A stretch of DNA of 48,507 bases from assembly GCA_032718475.1 (NCBI GenBank), contig JAUCBJ010006719.1, positions 1 to 48,507 of the forward strand, given 5' to 3'. Origin of the DNA: Nemertoderma westbladi. Taxonomy: Eukaryota; Animalia; Xenacoelomorpha. Positions within the stretch are counted from its first letter, which is position 1, and every line of letters begins with the position of its first letter. The notes under the pieces were generated by a model. The model searched no databases. It saw only the letters and a list, made by a program, of their open reading frames with translations, and was not told the DNA's origin. Below, one piece after another: positions 20,251-36,400 of this stretch. A program made the position numbers and the translations under genes.

Positions 20251-21438
20251 ATTTCCCATTATGACCGCCAGTGAGAAATTTGGCTACTATTTACTATTTA
20301 TTTAATTTGCACCTGACATGCCTGGTGGCTGTGCTTTGTTTCTAATAATTGCAAACCGAAATTTAATATTCTGGAATGGAAAAATCATGCTGTCACAAGT
20401 CTTTCTATCTGATTGGACAATTTTGGTTATTGTCACATATTGACCCTCATAACTGTCATTCACAATTTACTATTTATAAAATAAAATGTTGGCAATATTA
20501 ACTTACTATTTTGACTGACAAACCGAATAAAAATGGTGTTTTATAGATTTGGTAGACTTTGATTCAGATTTGTCATTGTACTTATTTCCATGACAACGGG
20601 TATTTAAGGTGTTCCTCTTTGTGTTTTGACAAATATTTTACTTAATTATCGTACAATAACAACATTACGTTGCATCCAATGTTTCTAGCATTTATATGTA
20701 GAGTAGCCTACTCTAGCAAATAGCTAGTCACACAACCAACATTTATAAAACACGGGTGTCGCATTTACTAATCAACTCTATGGAATTCTGGAATTGTATT
20801 ATACAGTAGAAAAGACTACTATACAGTAGGTACGCTATTGCTTAGTTAGGCCCCCGCTAATTTCAATACCCCTCTCGCTGCATGACCTGTTATTTAGTAC
20901 ACCTTGATGGACACACACATATTTGGCACTGTATGTAATTGTTCGAAATTTTCAACTGTTGTCATTGTAACAAATAATAGTTTCGAATAGTTTCCAGGTA
21001 GTTTTCTTCTATTTGCCTATTTCAATTATTAACTATAGCTAAATTCCAAGTTTCTTTAATAAAACTGTTTGTCATGGAAGATACAGACCTAATCAAGTCA
21101 TATACCCGGCGTGATGACACTGGAAGTTGTACCAGTATGGCATATGGAGATCAGTGGTCTACTTAATATCCAATGTCATAAAGTTGTCACCATCATGATG
21201 ACTTTGTACAGCGACTGTTCGAGTACCATCTTGAACGGTAATAAGCGACGCAAACCTCATACTCGAGTGATGTTTAAGAAAGTCCGAATTGTATCCATTG
21301 CGGAGATGCTTCTTAACGTAAAGACGGTGATTGTTTGTGCAACAAGAATTGAACTAAATCAAGGGATACTCAAGATCAAGGGGTGCGGAACATTGTAAAT
21401 CATGACACTGACATCGCCGAGCTAATGCTTTCTAAGAG

Positions 21439-24400
21439 CTTTCTGCCCCACAGACCGCTCCCACTGATATCTACTCTTTCTACCCACAGACCGCTCCCGC
21501 TAACATCTACTCTTTCTACCCACAGACCGCTCCCGCTAACATCTACTCTTTCTACCCACAGACCGCTCCCGCTAACATCTACTCTTTCTACCCACTAATA
21601 TCTACTCTTTCTGCCCCACAGACCGCTCCCACTGATATCTACTCTTTCTACCCACAGACCGCTCCCGCTAACATCTACTCTTTCTACCCACAGACCGCTC
21701 CCGCTAACATCTACTCTTTCTACCCACAGACCGCTCCCGCTAACATCTACTCTTTCTACCCACTAATATCTACTCTTTCTGCCCCACAGACCGCTCCCGC
21801 TAACATCTACTCTTTCTACCCACAGACCGCTCCCGCTAATATCTACTCGTTCTACCCCACAGACCGCTCCCACTAACATCTACTCGTTCTACCCCACAGA
21901 CCGCTCCCGCTAATATCTACTCTTTCTACCCACAGACCGCTCCCGCTAACATCTACTCTTTCTACCCACAGACCGCTCCCACTAACATCTACTCTTTCTA
22001 CCCACTAATATCTACTCTTTCTGCCCCACAGACCGCTCCCGCTAACATCTACTCTTTCTACCCACAGACCGCTCCCGCTAATATCTACTCGTTCTACCCC
22101 ACAGACCGCTCCCACTAACATCTACTCTTTCTACCCACTAATATCTACTCTTTCTGCCCCACAGACCGCTCCCGCTAACATCTACTCTTTCTACCCACAG
22201 ACCGCTCCCACTAACATCTACTATTTCTACCCCACAGACCGCTCCCACTAACATCTACTATTTCTACCCACTAATATCTACTCTTTCTACCCACAGACCG
22301 CTCCCGCTAATATCTACTCTTTCTACCCACAGACCGCTCCCGCTAACATCTACTCTTTCTACCCACTAATATCTACTCTTTCTGCCCCACAGACCGCTCC
22401 CGCTAACATCTACTCTTTCTACCCACTAATATCTACTCTTTCTGCCCCACAGACCGCTCCCGCTAACATCTACTCTTTCTACCCACAGACCGCTCCCGCT
22501 AATATCTACTCGTTCTACCCCACAGACCGCTCCCACTAACATCTACTCGTTCTACCCCACAGACCGCTCCCGCTAATATCTACTCTTTCTACCCACAGAC
22601 CGCTCCCGCTAACATCTACTCTTTCTACCCACAGACCGCTCCCACTAACATCTACTATTTCTACCCACTAATATCTACTCTTTCTGCCCCACAGACCGCT
22701 CCCGCTAACATCTACTCTTTCTACCCACAGACCGCTCCCACTAACATCTACTCTTTCTACCCACAGACCGCTCCCACTAACATCTACTCTTTCTACCCAC
22801 AGACCGCTCCCACTAACATCTACTCTTTCTACCCACAGACCGCTCCCACTAACATCTACTCTTTCTACCCACAGACCGCTCCCACTAACATCTACTCTTT
22901 CTACCCACAGACCGCTCCCACTAACATCTACTCTTTCTACCCACAGACCGCTCCCACTGATATCTACTCTTTCTACCCACAGACCGCTCCCGCTAACATC
23001 TACTCTTTCTACCCACAGACCGCTCCCGCTAACATCTACTCTTTCTACCCACAGACCGCTCCCGCTAACATCTACTCTTTCTACCCACAGACCGCTCCCA
23101 CTAACATCTACTCTTTCTACCCACAGACCGCTCCCACTAACATCTACTCTTTCTACCCACAGACCGCTCCCACTAACATCTACTCTTTCTACCCACTAAC
23201 ATCTACTCTTTCTACCCACAGACCGCTCCCGCTAACATCTACTCTTTCTACCCACTAATATCTACTCTTTCTGCCCCACAGACCGCTCCCGCTAACATCT
23301 ACTCTTTCTACCCACTAATATCTACTCTTTCTGCCCCACAGACCGCTCCCGCTAATATCTACTCTTTCTACCCACAGACCGCTCCCGCTAACATCTACTC
23401 TTTCTACCCACTAATATCTACTCTTTCTGCCCCACAGACCGCTCCCACTGATATCTACTCTTTCTACCCACAGACCGCTCCCGCTAACATCTACTCTTTC
23501 TACCCACAGACCGCTCCCGCTAACATCTACTCTTTCTACCCACAGACCGCTCCCGCTAACATCTACTCTTTCTACCCACTAATATCTACTCTTTCTGCCC
23601 CACAGACCGCTCCCGCTAACATCTACTCTTTCTACCCACAGACCGCTCCCGCTAACATCTACTCTTTCTACCCACAGACCGCTCCCGCTAACATCTACTC
23701 TTTCTACCCACAGACCGCTCCCGCTAACATCTACTCTTTCTACCCACAGACCGCTCCCGCTAATATCTACTCTTTCTACCCACAGACCGCTCCCACTAAC
23801 ATCTACTCTTTCTACCCACTAATATCTACTCTTTCTGCCCCACAGACCGCTCCCACTGATATCTACTCTTTCTACCCACAGACCGCTCCCGCTAACATCT
23901 ACTCTTTCTACCCACAGACCGCTCCCGCTAACATCTACTCTTTCTACCCACAGACCGCTCCCACTAACATCTACTCTTTCTACCCACAGACCGCTCCCAC
24001 TAACATCTACTCTTTCTACCCACAGACCGCTCCCGCTAACATCTACTCTTTCTACCCACTAATATCTACTCTTTCTGCCCCACAGACCGCTCCCGCTAAC
24101 ATCTACTCTTTCTACCCACAGACCGCTCCCGCTAACATCTACTCTTTCTACCCACTAATATCTACTCTTTCTGCCCCACAGACCGCTCCCGCTAACATCT
24201 ACTCTTTCTACCCACAGACCGCTCCCGCTAACATCTACTCTTTCTACCCACAGACCGCTCCCGCTAACATCTACTCTTTCTACCCACTAATATCTACTCT
24301 TTCTGCCCCACAGACCGCTCCCGCTAACATCTACTCTTTCTACCCACAGACCGCTCCCGCTAACATCTACTCTTTCTACCCACTAATATCTACTCTTTCT

Positions 24401-27400
24401 GCCCCACAGACCGCTCCCGCTAACATCTACTCTTTCTACCCACAGACCGCTCCCGCTAACATCTACTCTTTCTACCCACAGACCGCTCCCGCTAACATCT
24501 ACTCTTTCTACCCACAGACCGCTCCCATTAACATCTACTCTTTCTACCCACAGACCGCTCCCACTAACATCTACTCTTTCTACCCACTAATATCTACTCT
24601 TTCTGCCCCACAGACCGCTCCCGCTAACATCTACTCTTTCTACCCACAGACCGCTCCCGCTAACATCTACTCTTTCTACCCACAGACCGCTCCCACTAAC
24701 ATCTACTCTTTCTACCCACTAATATCTACTCTTTCTGCCCCACAGACCGCTCCCGCTAACATCTACTCTTTCTACCCACAGACCGCTCCCACTAACATCT
24801 ACTCTTTCTACCCACTAATATCTACTCTTTCTGCCCCACAGACCGCTCCCGCTAACATCTACTCTTTCTACCCACAGACCGCTCCCGCTAACATCTACTC
24901 TTTCTACCCACAGACCGCTCCCACTAACATCTACTCTTTCTACCCACTAACATCTACTCTTTCTACCCCACAGACCGCTCCCGCTAACATCTACTCTTTC
25001 TACCCACAGACCGCTCCCACTAACATCTACTCTTTCTACCCACTAATATCTACTCTTTCTGCCCCACAGACCGCTCCCACTAACATCTACTCTTTCTACC
25101 CACTAACATCTACTCTTTCTACCCACAGACCGCTCCCACTAACATCTACTCTTTCTACCCACAGACCGCTCCCGCTAACATCTACTCTTTCTACCCACAG
25201 ACCGCTCCCGCTAACATCTACTCTTTCTACCCACAGACCGCTCCCATTAACATCTACTCTTTCTACCCACAGACCGCTCCCGCTAACATCTACTCTTTCT
25301 ACCCACAGACCGCTCCCGCTAACATCTACTCGTTCTACCCACAGACCGCTCCCGCTAACATCTACTCTTTCTACCCACTAATATCTACTCTTTCTACCCA
25401 CAGACCGCTCCCATTAACATCTACTCTTTCTACCCACAGACCGCTCCCGCTAACATCTACTCTTTCTACCCACTAATATCTACTCTTTCTACCCACAGAC
25501 CGCTCCCGCTAACATCTACTCTTTCTACCCACAGACCGCTCCCATTAACATCTACTCTTTCTACCCACAGACCGCTCCCACTAACATCTACTCTTTCTAC
25601 CCACTAATATCTACTCTTTCTACCCACAGACCGCTCCCGCTAACATCTACTCTTTCTACCCACAGACCGCTCCCATTAACATCTACTCTTTCTACCCACA
25701 GACCGCTCCCGCTAACATCTACTCTTTCTACCCACTAATATCTACTCTTTCTGCCCCACAGACCGCTCCCACTAACATCTACTCTTTCTACCCACAGACC
25801 GCTCCCGCTAACATCTACTCTTTCTACCCACAGACCGCTCCCGCTAACATCTACTCTTTCTACCCACTAATATCTACTCTTTCTGCCCCACAGACCGCTC
25901 CCGCTAACATCTACTCTTTCTACCCACAGACCGCTCCCGCTAACATCTACTCTTTCTACCCACTAATATCTACTCTTTCTGCCCCACAGACCGCTCCCAC
26001 TAACATCTACTCTTTCTACCCACTAATATCTACTCTTTCTACCCACAGACCGCTCCCACTAACATCTACTCTTTCTACCCGCTAACATCTACTCTTTCTA
26101 CCCACTAATATCTACTCTTTCTGCCCCACAGACCGCTCCCGCTAACATCTACTCTTTCTACCCACAGACCGCTCCCACTAACATCTACTCTTTCTACCCG
26201 CTAACATCTACTCTTTCTACCCACTAATATCTACTCTTTCTGCCCCACAGACCGCTCCCGCTAACATCTACTCTTTCTACCCACAGACCGCTCCCGCTAA
26301 CATCTACGAATTCTACCCACAGACCGCTCCCACTAACATCTACTCTTTCTACCCACTAATATCTACTCTTTCTACCCACAGACCGCTCCCGCTAACATCT
26401 ACTCTTTCTACCCACAGACCGCTCCCACTAACATCTACTCTTTCTACCCACTAATATCTACTCTTTCTACCCACAGACCGCTCCCGCTAACATCTACTCT
26501 TTCTACCCACAGACCGCTCCCACTAACATCTACTCTTTCTACCCACTAATATCTACTCTTTCTACCCACAGACCGCTCCCGCTAACATCTACTCTTTCTA
26601 CCCACAGACCGCTCCCACTAACATCTACTCTTTCTACCCACTAATATCTACTCTTTCTACCCACAGACCGCTCCCGCTAATATCTACTCTTTCTACCCAC
26701 TAATATCTACTCTTTCTACCTGCTAACATCTACTCTTTCTACCCACAGACCGCTCCCGCTAATATCTACTCTTTCTACCCACTAATATCTACTCTTTCTA
26801 CCCACTAATATCTACTCTTTCTACCCACAGACCGCTCCCGCTAATATCTACTCTTTCTACCCACTAATATCTACTCTTTCTACCTGCTAACATCTACTCT
26901 TTCTACCCACAGACCGCTCCCGCTAACATCTACTCTTTCTACCCACTAACATCTACTCTTTCTACCCACAGACCGCTCCCGCTAACATCTACTCTTTCTA
27001 CCCACTAATATCTACTCTTTCTACCTGCTAACATCTACTCTTTCTACCCACAGACCGCTCCCGCTAACATCTACTCTTTCTACCCACTAATATCTACTCT
27101 TTCTACCTGCTAACATCTACTCTTTCTACCCACTAATATCTACTCTTTCTGCCCCACAGACCGCTCCCGCTAACATCTACTCTTTCTACCCCACAGACCG
27201 CTCCCGCTAACATCTACTCTTTCTACCACAGACCGCTCCCGCTAACATCTACTCTTTCTACCACAGACCGCTCCCGCTAACATCTACTCTTTCTACCCAC
27301 AGACCGCTCCCGCTAACATCTACTCTTTCTACCCACAGACCGCTCCCACTAATATCTACTCTTTCTGCCCCACAGACCGCTCCCACTAATATCTACTCTT

Positions 27401-30400
27401 TCTACCCCACAGACCGCTCCCGCTAACATCTACTCTTTCTACCACAGACCGCTCCCGCTAACATCTACTCTTTCTACCACAGACCGCTCCCGCTAACATC
27501 TACTCTTTCTACCCACAGACCGCTCCCGCTAACATCTACTCTTTCTACCACAGACCGCTCCCGCTAACATCTACTCTTTCTACCCACTAATATCTACTCT
27601 TTCTGCCCCACAGACCGCTCCCGCTAACATCTACTCTTTCTACCCACAGACCGCTCCCACTAACATCTACTCTTTCTACCCACAGACCGCTCCCGCTAAC
27701 ATCTACTCTTTCTACCCACAGACCGCTCCCGCTAACATCTACTCTTTCTACCACAGACCGCTCCCGCTAACATCTACTCTTTCTACCCACTAATATCTAC
27801 TCTTTCTGCCCCACAGACCGCTCCCGCTAACATCTACTCTTTCTACCCACAGACCGCTCCCGCTAACATCTACTCTTTCTACCCACAGACCGCTCCCACT
27901 AACATCTACTCTTTCTACCCACAGACCGCTCCCGCTAACATCTACTCTTTCTACCCACAGACCGCTCCCGCTAACATCTACTCTTTCTACCACAGACCGC
28001 TCCCGCTAACATCTACTCTTTCTACCCACTAATATCTACTCTTTCTGCCCCACAGACCGCTCCCGCTAACATCTACTCTTTCTACCCACAGACCGCTCCC
28101 ACTAACATCTACTCTTTCTACCCGCTAATATCTACTCTTTCTGCCCCACAGACCGCTCCCGCTAACATCTACTCTTTCTACCCACAGACCGCTCCCACTA
28201 ACATCTACTCTTTCTACCCACTAATATCTACTCTTTCTGCCCCACAGACCGCTCCCGCTAACATCTACTCTTTCTACCCACAGACCGCTCCCACTAACAT
28301 CTACTCTTTCTACCCGCTAATATCTACTCTTTCTGCCCCACAGACCGCTCCCGCTAACATCTACTCTTTCTACCCACAGACCGCTCCCACTAACATCTAC
28401 TCTTTCTACCCACTAATATCTACTCTTTCTGCCCCACAGACCGCTCCCACTAACATCTACTCTTTCTACCCACTAATATCTACTCTTTCTGCCCCACAGA
28501 CCGCTCCCGCTAACATCTACTCTTTCTACCCACTAATATCTACTCTTTCTGCCCCACAGACCGCTCCCGCTAACATCTACTCTTTCTACCCACAGACCGC
28601 TCCCGCTAACATCTACTCTTTCTACCCACAGACCGCTCCCACTAACATCTACTCTTTCTACCCACAGACCGCTCCCGCTAACATCTACTCTTTCTACCCA
28701 CAGACCGCTCCCGCTAACATCTACTCTTTCTACCACAGACCGCTCCCGCTAACATCTACTCTTTCTACCCACTAATATCTACTCTTTCTGCCCCACAGAC
28801 CGCTCCCGCTAACATCTACTCTTTCTACCCACAGACCGCTCCCGCTAACATCTACTCTTTCTACCCACAGACCGCTCCCGCTAACATCTACTCTTTCTAC
28901 CCACAGACCGCTCCCATTAACATCTACTCTTTCTACCCACAGACCGCTCCCACTAACATCTACTCTTTCTACCCACTAATATCTACTCTTTCTGCCCCAC
29001 AGACCGCTCCCGCTAACATCTACTCTTTCTACCCACAGACCGCTCCCGCTAACATCTACTCTTTCTACCTGGTAACATCTACTCTTTCTACCCACAGACC
29101 GCTCCCGCTAACATCTACTCTTTCTACCCACAGACCGCTCCCGCTAACATCTACTCTTTCTACCCACTAATATCTACTCTTTCTGCCCCACAGACCGCTC
29201 CCGCTAACATCTACTCTTTCTACCCACAGACCGCTCCCACTAACATCTACTCTTTCTACCCACAGACCGCTCCCGCTAACATCTACTCTTTCTACCCACA
29301 GACCGCTCCCGCTAACATCTACTCTTTCTACCACAGACCGCTCCCACTAACATCTACTCTTTCTACCCACAGACCGCTCCCGCTAACATCTACTCTTTCT
29401 ACCCACAGACCGCTCCCGCTAACATCTACTCTTTCTACCCACAGACCGCTCCCGCTAACATCTACTCTTTCTACCCACAGACCGCTCCCGCTAACATCTA
29501 CTCTTTCTACCCACAGACCGCTCCCGCTAACATCTACTCTTTCTACCCACAGACCGCTCCCGCTAACATCTACTCTTTCTACCCACAGACCGCTCCCGCT
29601 AACATCTACTCTTTCTACCCACAGACCGCTCCCGCTAACATCTACTCTTTCTACCCACAGACCGCTCCCGCTAACATCTACTCTTTCTACCCACAGACCG
29701 CTCCCGCTAACATCTACTCTTTCTACCCACAGACCGCTCCCGCTAACATCTACTCTTTCTACCCACAGACCGCTCCCGCTAACATCTACTCTTTCTACCC
29801 ACAGACCGCTCCCATTAACATCTACTCTTTCTGCCCCACAGACCGCTCCCGCTAACATCTACTCTTTCTACCCACAGACCGCTCCCATTAACATCTACTC
29901 TTTCTACCCACAGACCGCTCCCATTAACATCTACTCTTTCTGCCCCACAGACCGCTCCCGCTAACATCTACTCTTTCTACCCACAGACCGCTCCCATTAA
30001 CATCTACTCTTTCTACCCACAGACCGCTCCCGCTAACATCTACTCTTTCTACCCACAGACCGCTCCCACTAACATCTACTCTTTCTACCCACAGACCGCT
30101 CCCGCTAACATCTACTCTTTCTACCCACAGACCGCTCCCGCTAACATCTACTCTTTCTACCCACAGACCGCTCCCGCTAACATCTACTCTTTCTACCCAC
30201 AGACCGCTCCCGCTAACATCTACTCTTTCTACCCACAGACCGCTCCCATTAACATCTACTCTTTCTACCCACAGACCGCTCCCACTAACATCTACTCTTT
30301 CTACCCACTAATATCTACTCTTTCTGCCCCACAGACCGCTCCCGCTAACATCTACTCTTTCTACCCACAGACCGCTCCCGCTAACATCTACTCTTTCTAC

Positions 30401-33400
30401 CCACAGACCGCTCCCATTAACATCTACTCTTTCTACCCACAGACCGCTCCCATTAACATCTACTCTTTCTACCCACAGACCGCTCCCATTAACATCTACT
30501 CTTTCTACCCACAGAGCGCTCCCGCTAACATCTACTCTTTCTACCCACAGACCGCTCCCGCTAACATCTACTCTTTCTACCCACAGACCGCTCCCATTAA
30601 CATCTACTCTTTCTACCCACAGACCGCTCCCGCTAACATCTACGAATTCTACCCACAGACCGCTCCCGCTAACATCTACTCTTTCTACCCACAGACCGCT
30701 CCCGCTAACATCTACTCTTTCTACCCACAGACCGCTCCCATTAACATCTACTCTTTCTACCCACAGACCGCTCCCATTAACATCTACTCTTTCTACCCAC
30801 AGACCGCTCCCGCTAACATCTACTCTTTCTACCCACAGACCGCTCCCATTAACATCTACTCTTTCTACCCACAGACCGCTCCCATTAACATCTACTCTTT
30901 CTACCCACAGACCGCTCCCATTAACATCTACTCTTTCTACCCACAGACCGCTCCCGCTAACATCTACTCTTTCTACCCACAGACCGCTCCCGCTAACATC
31001 TACTCTTTCTACCCACAGACCGCTCCCATTAACATCTACTCTTTCTACCCACAGACCGCTCCCACTAACATCTACTCTTTCTACCCACTAATATCTACTC
31101 TTTCTGCCCCACAGACCGCTCCCGCTAACATCTACTCTTTCTACCCACAGACCGCTCCCGCTAACATCTACTCTTTCTACCCACAGACCGCTCCCATTAA
31201 CATCTACTCTTTCTACCCACAGACCGCTCCCACTAACATCTACTCTTTCTACCCACTAATATCTACTCTTTCTGCCCCACAGACCGCTCCCGCTAACATC
31301 TACTCTTTCTACCCACAGACCGCTCCCGCTAACATCTACTCGTTCTACCCCACAGACCGCTCCCACTGATATCTACTCTTTCTACCCACAGACCGCTCCC
31401 ACTAACATCTTCTCTTTCTACCCCACAGACCGCACCCACTGATATCTACTCTTTCTACCTGCTAACATCTACTCTTTCTACCCACAGACCGCTCCCACTA
31501 ACATCTACTCGTTCTACCCCACAGACCGCTCCCGCTAACATCTACTCTTTCTACCCACAGACCGCTCCCACTAACATCTACTCTTTCTACCCACTAATAT
31601 CTACTCTTTCTACCCACAGACCGCTCCCACTAACATCTACTCTTTCTACCCACTAACATCTACTCTTTCTACCCACAGACCGCTCCCGCTAACATCTACT
31701 CTTTCTACCCACAGACCGCTCCCACTAACATCTACTCTTTCTACCCACTAATATCTACTCTTTCTACCCCACAGACCGCTCCCGCTAACATCTACTCTTT
31801 CTACCCACAGACCGCTCCCACTAACATCTCCTCTTTCTACCCCACAGACCGCTCCCACTAACATCTCCTCTTTCTACCCCACAGACCGCACCCACTGATA
31901 TCTACTCTTTCTACCTGCTAACATCTACTCTTTCTACCCACAGACCGCTCCCACTAACATCTACTCGTTCTACCCCACAGACCGCTCCCGCTAACATCTA
32001 CTCTTTCTACCCACAGACCGCTCCCACTAACATCTACTCTTTCTACCCACTAATATCTACTCTTTCTACCCCACAGACCGCTCCCGCTAACATCTACTCT
32101 TTCTACCCACAGACCGCTCCCACTAACATCTCCTCTTTCTACCCCACAGACCGCTCCCACTAACATCTCCTCTTTCTACCCCACAGACCGCACCCACTGA
32201 TATCTACTCTTTCTACCTGCTAACATCTACTCTTTCTACCCACAGACCGCTCCCGCTAACATCTACTCTTTCTACCCCACAGACCGCTCCCACTGATATC
32301 TACTCTTTCTACCTGCTAACATCTACTCTTTCTACCCACAGACCGCTCCCACTAACATCTACTCGTTCTACCCCACAGACCGCTCCCGCTAACATCTTCT
32401 CTTTCTACCCCACAGACCGCTCCCACTAACATCTCCTCTTTCTACCCCACAGACCGCACCCACTGATATCTACTCTTTCTACCTGCTAACATCTACTCTT
32501 TCTACCCACAGACCGCTCCCGCTAACATCTACTCTTTCTACCCCACAGACCGCTCCCACTGATATCTACTCTTTCTACCTGCTAACATCTACTCTTTCTA
32601 CCCACAGACCGCTCCCACTAACATCTACTCGTTCTACCCCACAGACCGCTCCCACTAACATCTACTCGTTCTACCCCACAGACCGCTCCCGCTAACATCT
32701 TCTCTTTCTACCCCACAGACCGCACCCACTGATATCTACTCTTTCTACCTGCTAACATCTACTCTTTCTACCCACAGACCGCTCCCACTAACATCTACTC
32801 GTTCTACCCCACAGACCGCTCCCGCTAACATCTACTCTTTCTACCCACAGACCGCTCCCACTAACATCTTCTCTTTCTACCCCACAGACCGCACCCACTG
32901 ATATCTACTCTTTCTACCTGCTAACATCTACTCTTTCTACCCACAGACCGCTCCCACTAACATCTACTCGTTCTACCCCACAGACCGCTCCCGCTAACAT
33001 CTACTCTTTCTACCCACAGACCGCTCCCGCTAATATCTACTCTTTCTACCCACTAATATCTACTCTTTCTACCCCACAGACCGCTCCCGCTAACATCTAC
33101 TCTTTCTACCCACAGACCGCTCCCACTAACATCTTCTCTTTCTACCCCACAGACCGCACCCACTGATATCTACTCTTTCTACCTGCTAACATCTACTCTT
33201 TCTACCCACAGACCGCTCCCACTAACATCTACTCGTTCTACCCCACAGACCGCTCCCGCTAACATCTACTCTTTCTACCCACAGACCGCTCCCACTAACA
33301 TCTTCTCTTTCTACCCCACAGACCGCACCCACTGATATCTACTCTTTCTACCTGCTAACATCTACTCTTTCTACCCACAGACCGCTCCCACTAACATCTA

Positions 33401-36400
33401 CTCGTTCTACCCCACAGACCGCTCCCGCTAACATCTACTCTTTCTACCCACAGACCGCTCCCACTAACATCTTCTCTTTCTACCCCACAGACCGCACCCA
33501 CTGATATCTACTCTTTCTACCTGCTAACATCTACTCTTTCTACCCACAGACCGCTCCCACTAACATCTACTCGTTCTACCCCACAGACCGCTCCCGCTAA
33601 CATCTACTCTTTCTACCCACAGACCGCTCCCACTAACATCTACTCTTTCTACCCACTAATATCTACTCTTTCTACCCCACAGACCGCTCCCGCTAACATC
33701 TACTCTTTCTACCCACAGACCGCTCCCACTAACATCTTCTCTTTCTACCCCACAGACCGCTCCCACTAACATCTACTCTTTCTACCCACAGACCGCTCCC
33801 ACTAACATCTACTCGTTCTACCCACAGACCGCTCCCGCTAACATCTACGAATTCTACCCACTAATATCTACTCTTTCTACCCACAGACCGCTCCCACTAA
33901 CATCTACTCGTTCTACCCCACAGACCGCTCCCGCTAACATCTACTCTTTCTACCCACAGACCGCTCCCACTAACATCTACTCGTTCTACCCCACAGACCG
34001 CTCCCGCTAACATCTACTCTTTCTACCCACAGACCGCTCCCACTAACATCTACTCTTTCTACCCACTAATATCTACTCTTTCTACCCACAGACCGCTCCC
34101 ACTAACATCTACTCGTTCTACCCCACAGACCGCTCCCGCTAACATCTACTCTTTCTACCCACAGACCGCTCCCACTAACATCTTCTCTTTCTACCCCACA
34201 GACCGCACCCACTGATATCTACTCTTTCTACCTGCTAACATCTACTCTTTCTACCCACAGACCGCTCCCACTAACATCTCCTCTTTCTACCCCACAGACC
34301 GCTCCCACTAACATCTCCTCTTTCTACCCCACAGACCGCACCCACTGATATCTACTCTTTCTACCTGCTAACATCTACTCTTTCTACCCACAGACCGCTC
34401 CCGCTAACATCTACTCTTTCTACCCCACAGACCGCTCCCACTAACATCTACTCTTTCTACCCACTAATATCTACTCTTTCTACCCACAGACCGCTCCCGC
34501 TAACATCTACTCTTTCTACCCACAGACCGCTCCCGCTAATATCTACTCTTTCTACCCACAGACCGCTCCCACTAACATCTTCTCTTTCTACCCCACAGAC
34601 CGCACCCACTGATATCTACTCTTTCTACCTGCTAACATCTACTCTTTCTACCCACAGACCGCTCCCACTAACATCTCCTCTTTCTACCCCACAGACCGCT
34701 CCCACTAACATCTCCTCTTTCTACCCCACAGACCGCACCCACTGATATCTACTCTTTCTACCTGCTAACATCTACTCTTTCTACCCACAGACCGCTCCCG
34801 CTAACATCTACTCTTTCTACCCCACAGACCGCTCCCACTAACATCTACTCTTTCTACCCACTAATATCTACTCTTTCTACCCACAGACCGCTCCCGCTAA
34901 CATCTACTCTTTCTACCCACAGACCGCTCCCACTAACATCTACTCTTTCTACCCACTAATATCTACTCTTTCTGCCCCACAGACCGCTCCCGCTAATATC
35001 TACTCTTTCTGCCCCACAGACCGCTCCCACTAATATCTACTCTTTCTACCCACTAACATCTACTCTTTCTACCCACAGACCGCTCCCACTAACATCTCCT
35101 CTTTCTACCCCACAGACCGCACCCACTGATATCTACTCTTTCTACCTGCTAACATCTACTCTTTCTACCCACAGACCGCTCCCACTAACATCTACTCTTT
35201 CTACCCACTAACATCTACTCTTTCTACCCACAGACCGCTCCCACTAACATCTCCTCTTTCTACCCCACAGACCGCACCCACTGATATCTACTCTTTCTAC
35301 CTGCTAACATCTACTCTTTCTACCCACAGACCGCTCCCGCTAACATCTACTCTTTCTACCCACAGACCGCTCCCACTGATATCTACTCTTTCTACCCACT
35401 AATATCTACTCTTTCTACCCCACAGACCGCTCCCACTGATATCTACTCTTTCTACCCACAGACCGCTCCCACTAACATCTTCTCTTTCTACCCCACAGAC
35501 CGCTCCCGCTAACATCTACTCGTTCTACCCCACAGACCGCTCCCACTAACATCTACTCGTTCTACCTGGTAACATCTACTCTTTCTGCCCCACAGACCGC
35601 TCCCACTGATATCTACTCTTTCTACCCACTAACATCTACTCTTTCTACCCACAGACCGCTCCCACTAACATCTACTCTTTCTACCTGGTAACATCTACTC
35701 TTTCTGCCCCACAGACCGCACCCACTGATATCTACTCTTTCTACCTGCTAACATCTACTCTTTCTACCCACAGACCGCTCCCACTAACATCTACTCTTTC
35801 TACCCACAGACCGCTCCCACTAACATCTCCTCTTTCTACCCCACAGACCGCACCCACTGATATCTACTCTTTCTACCTGCTAACATCTACTCTTTCTACC
35901 CACAGACCGCTCCCACTAACATCTACTCTTTCTACCCACAGACCGCTCCCGCTAACATCTACTCTTTCTACCCACAGACCGCTCCCACTAACATCTACTC
36001 TTTCTACCCACTAATATCTACTCTTTCTACCCCACAGACCGCTCCCACTGATATCTACTCTTTCTACCCACAGACCGCTCCCACTAACATCTACTCTTTC
36101 TACCCACTAATATCTACTCTTTCTACCCCACAGACCGCTCCCGCTAACATCTACTCTTTCTACCCACAGACCGCTCCCACTAACATCTACTCTTTCTACC
36201 CACTAATATCTACTCTTTCTACCCCACAGACCGCTCCCGCTAACATCTACTCTTTCTACCCACTAATATCTACTCTTTCTACCCCACAGACCGCTCCCGC
36301 TAACATCTACTCTTTCTACCCACAGACCGCTCCCACTAACATCTACTCTTTCTACCCACTAATATCTACTCTTTCTACCCCACAGACCGCTCCCGCTAAC

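Noticed and set aside
21075-21438. Possible decayed coding fragment before the satellite
   Set aside because: No recognisable motif in any frame.
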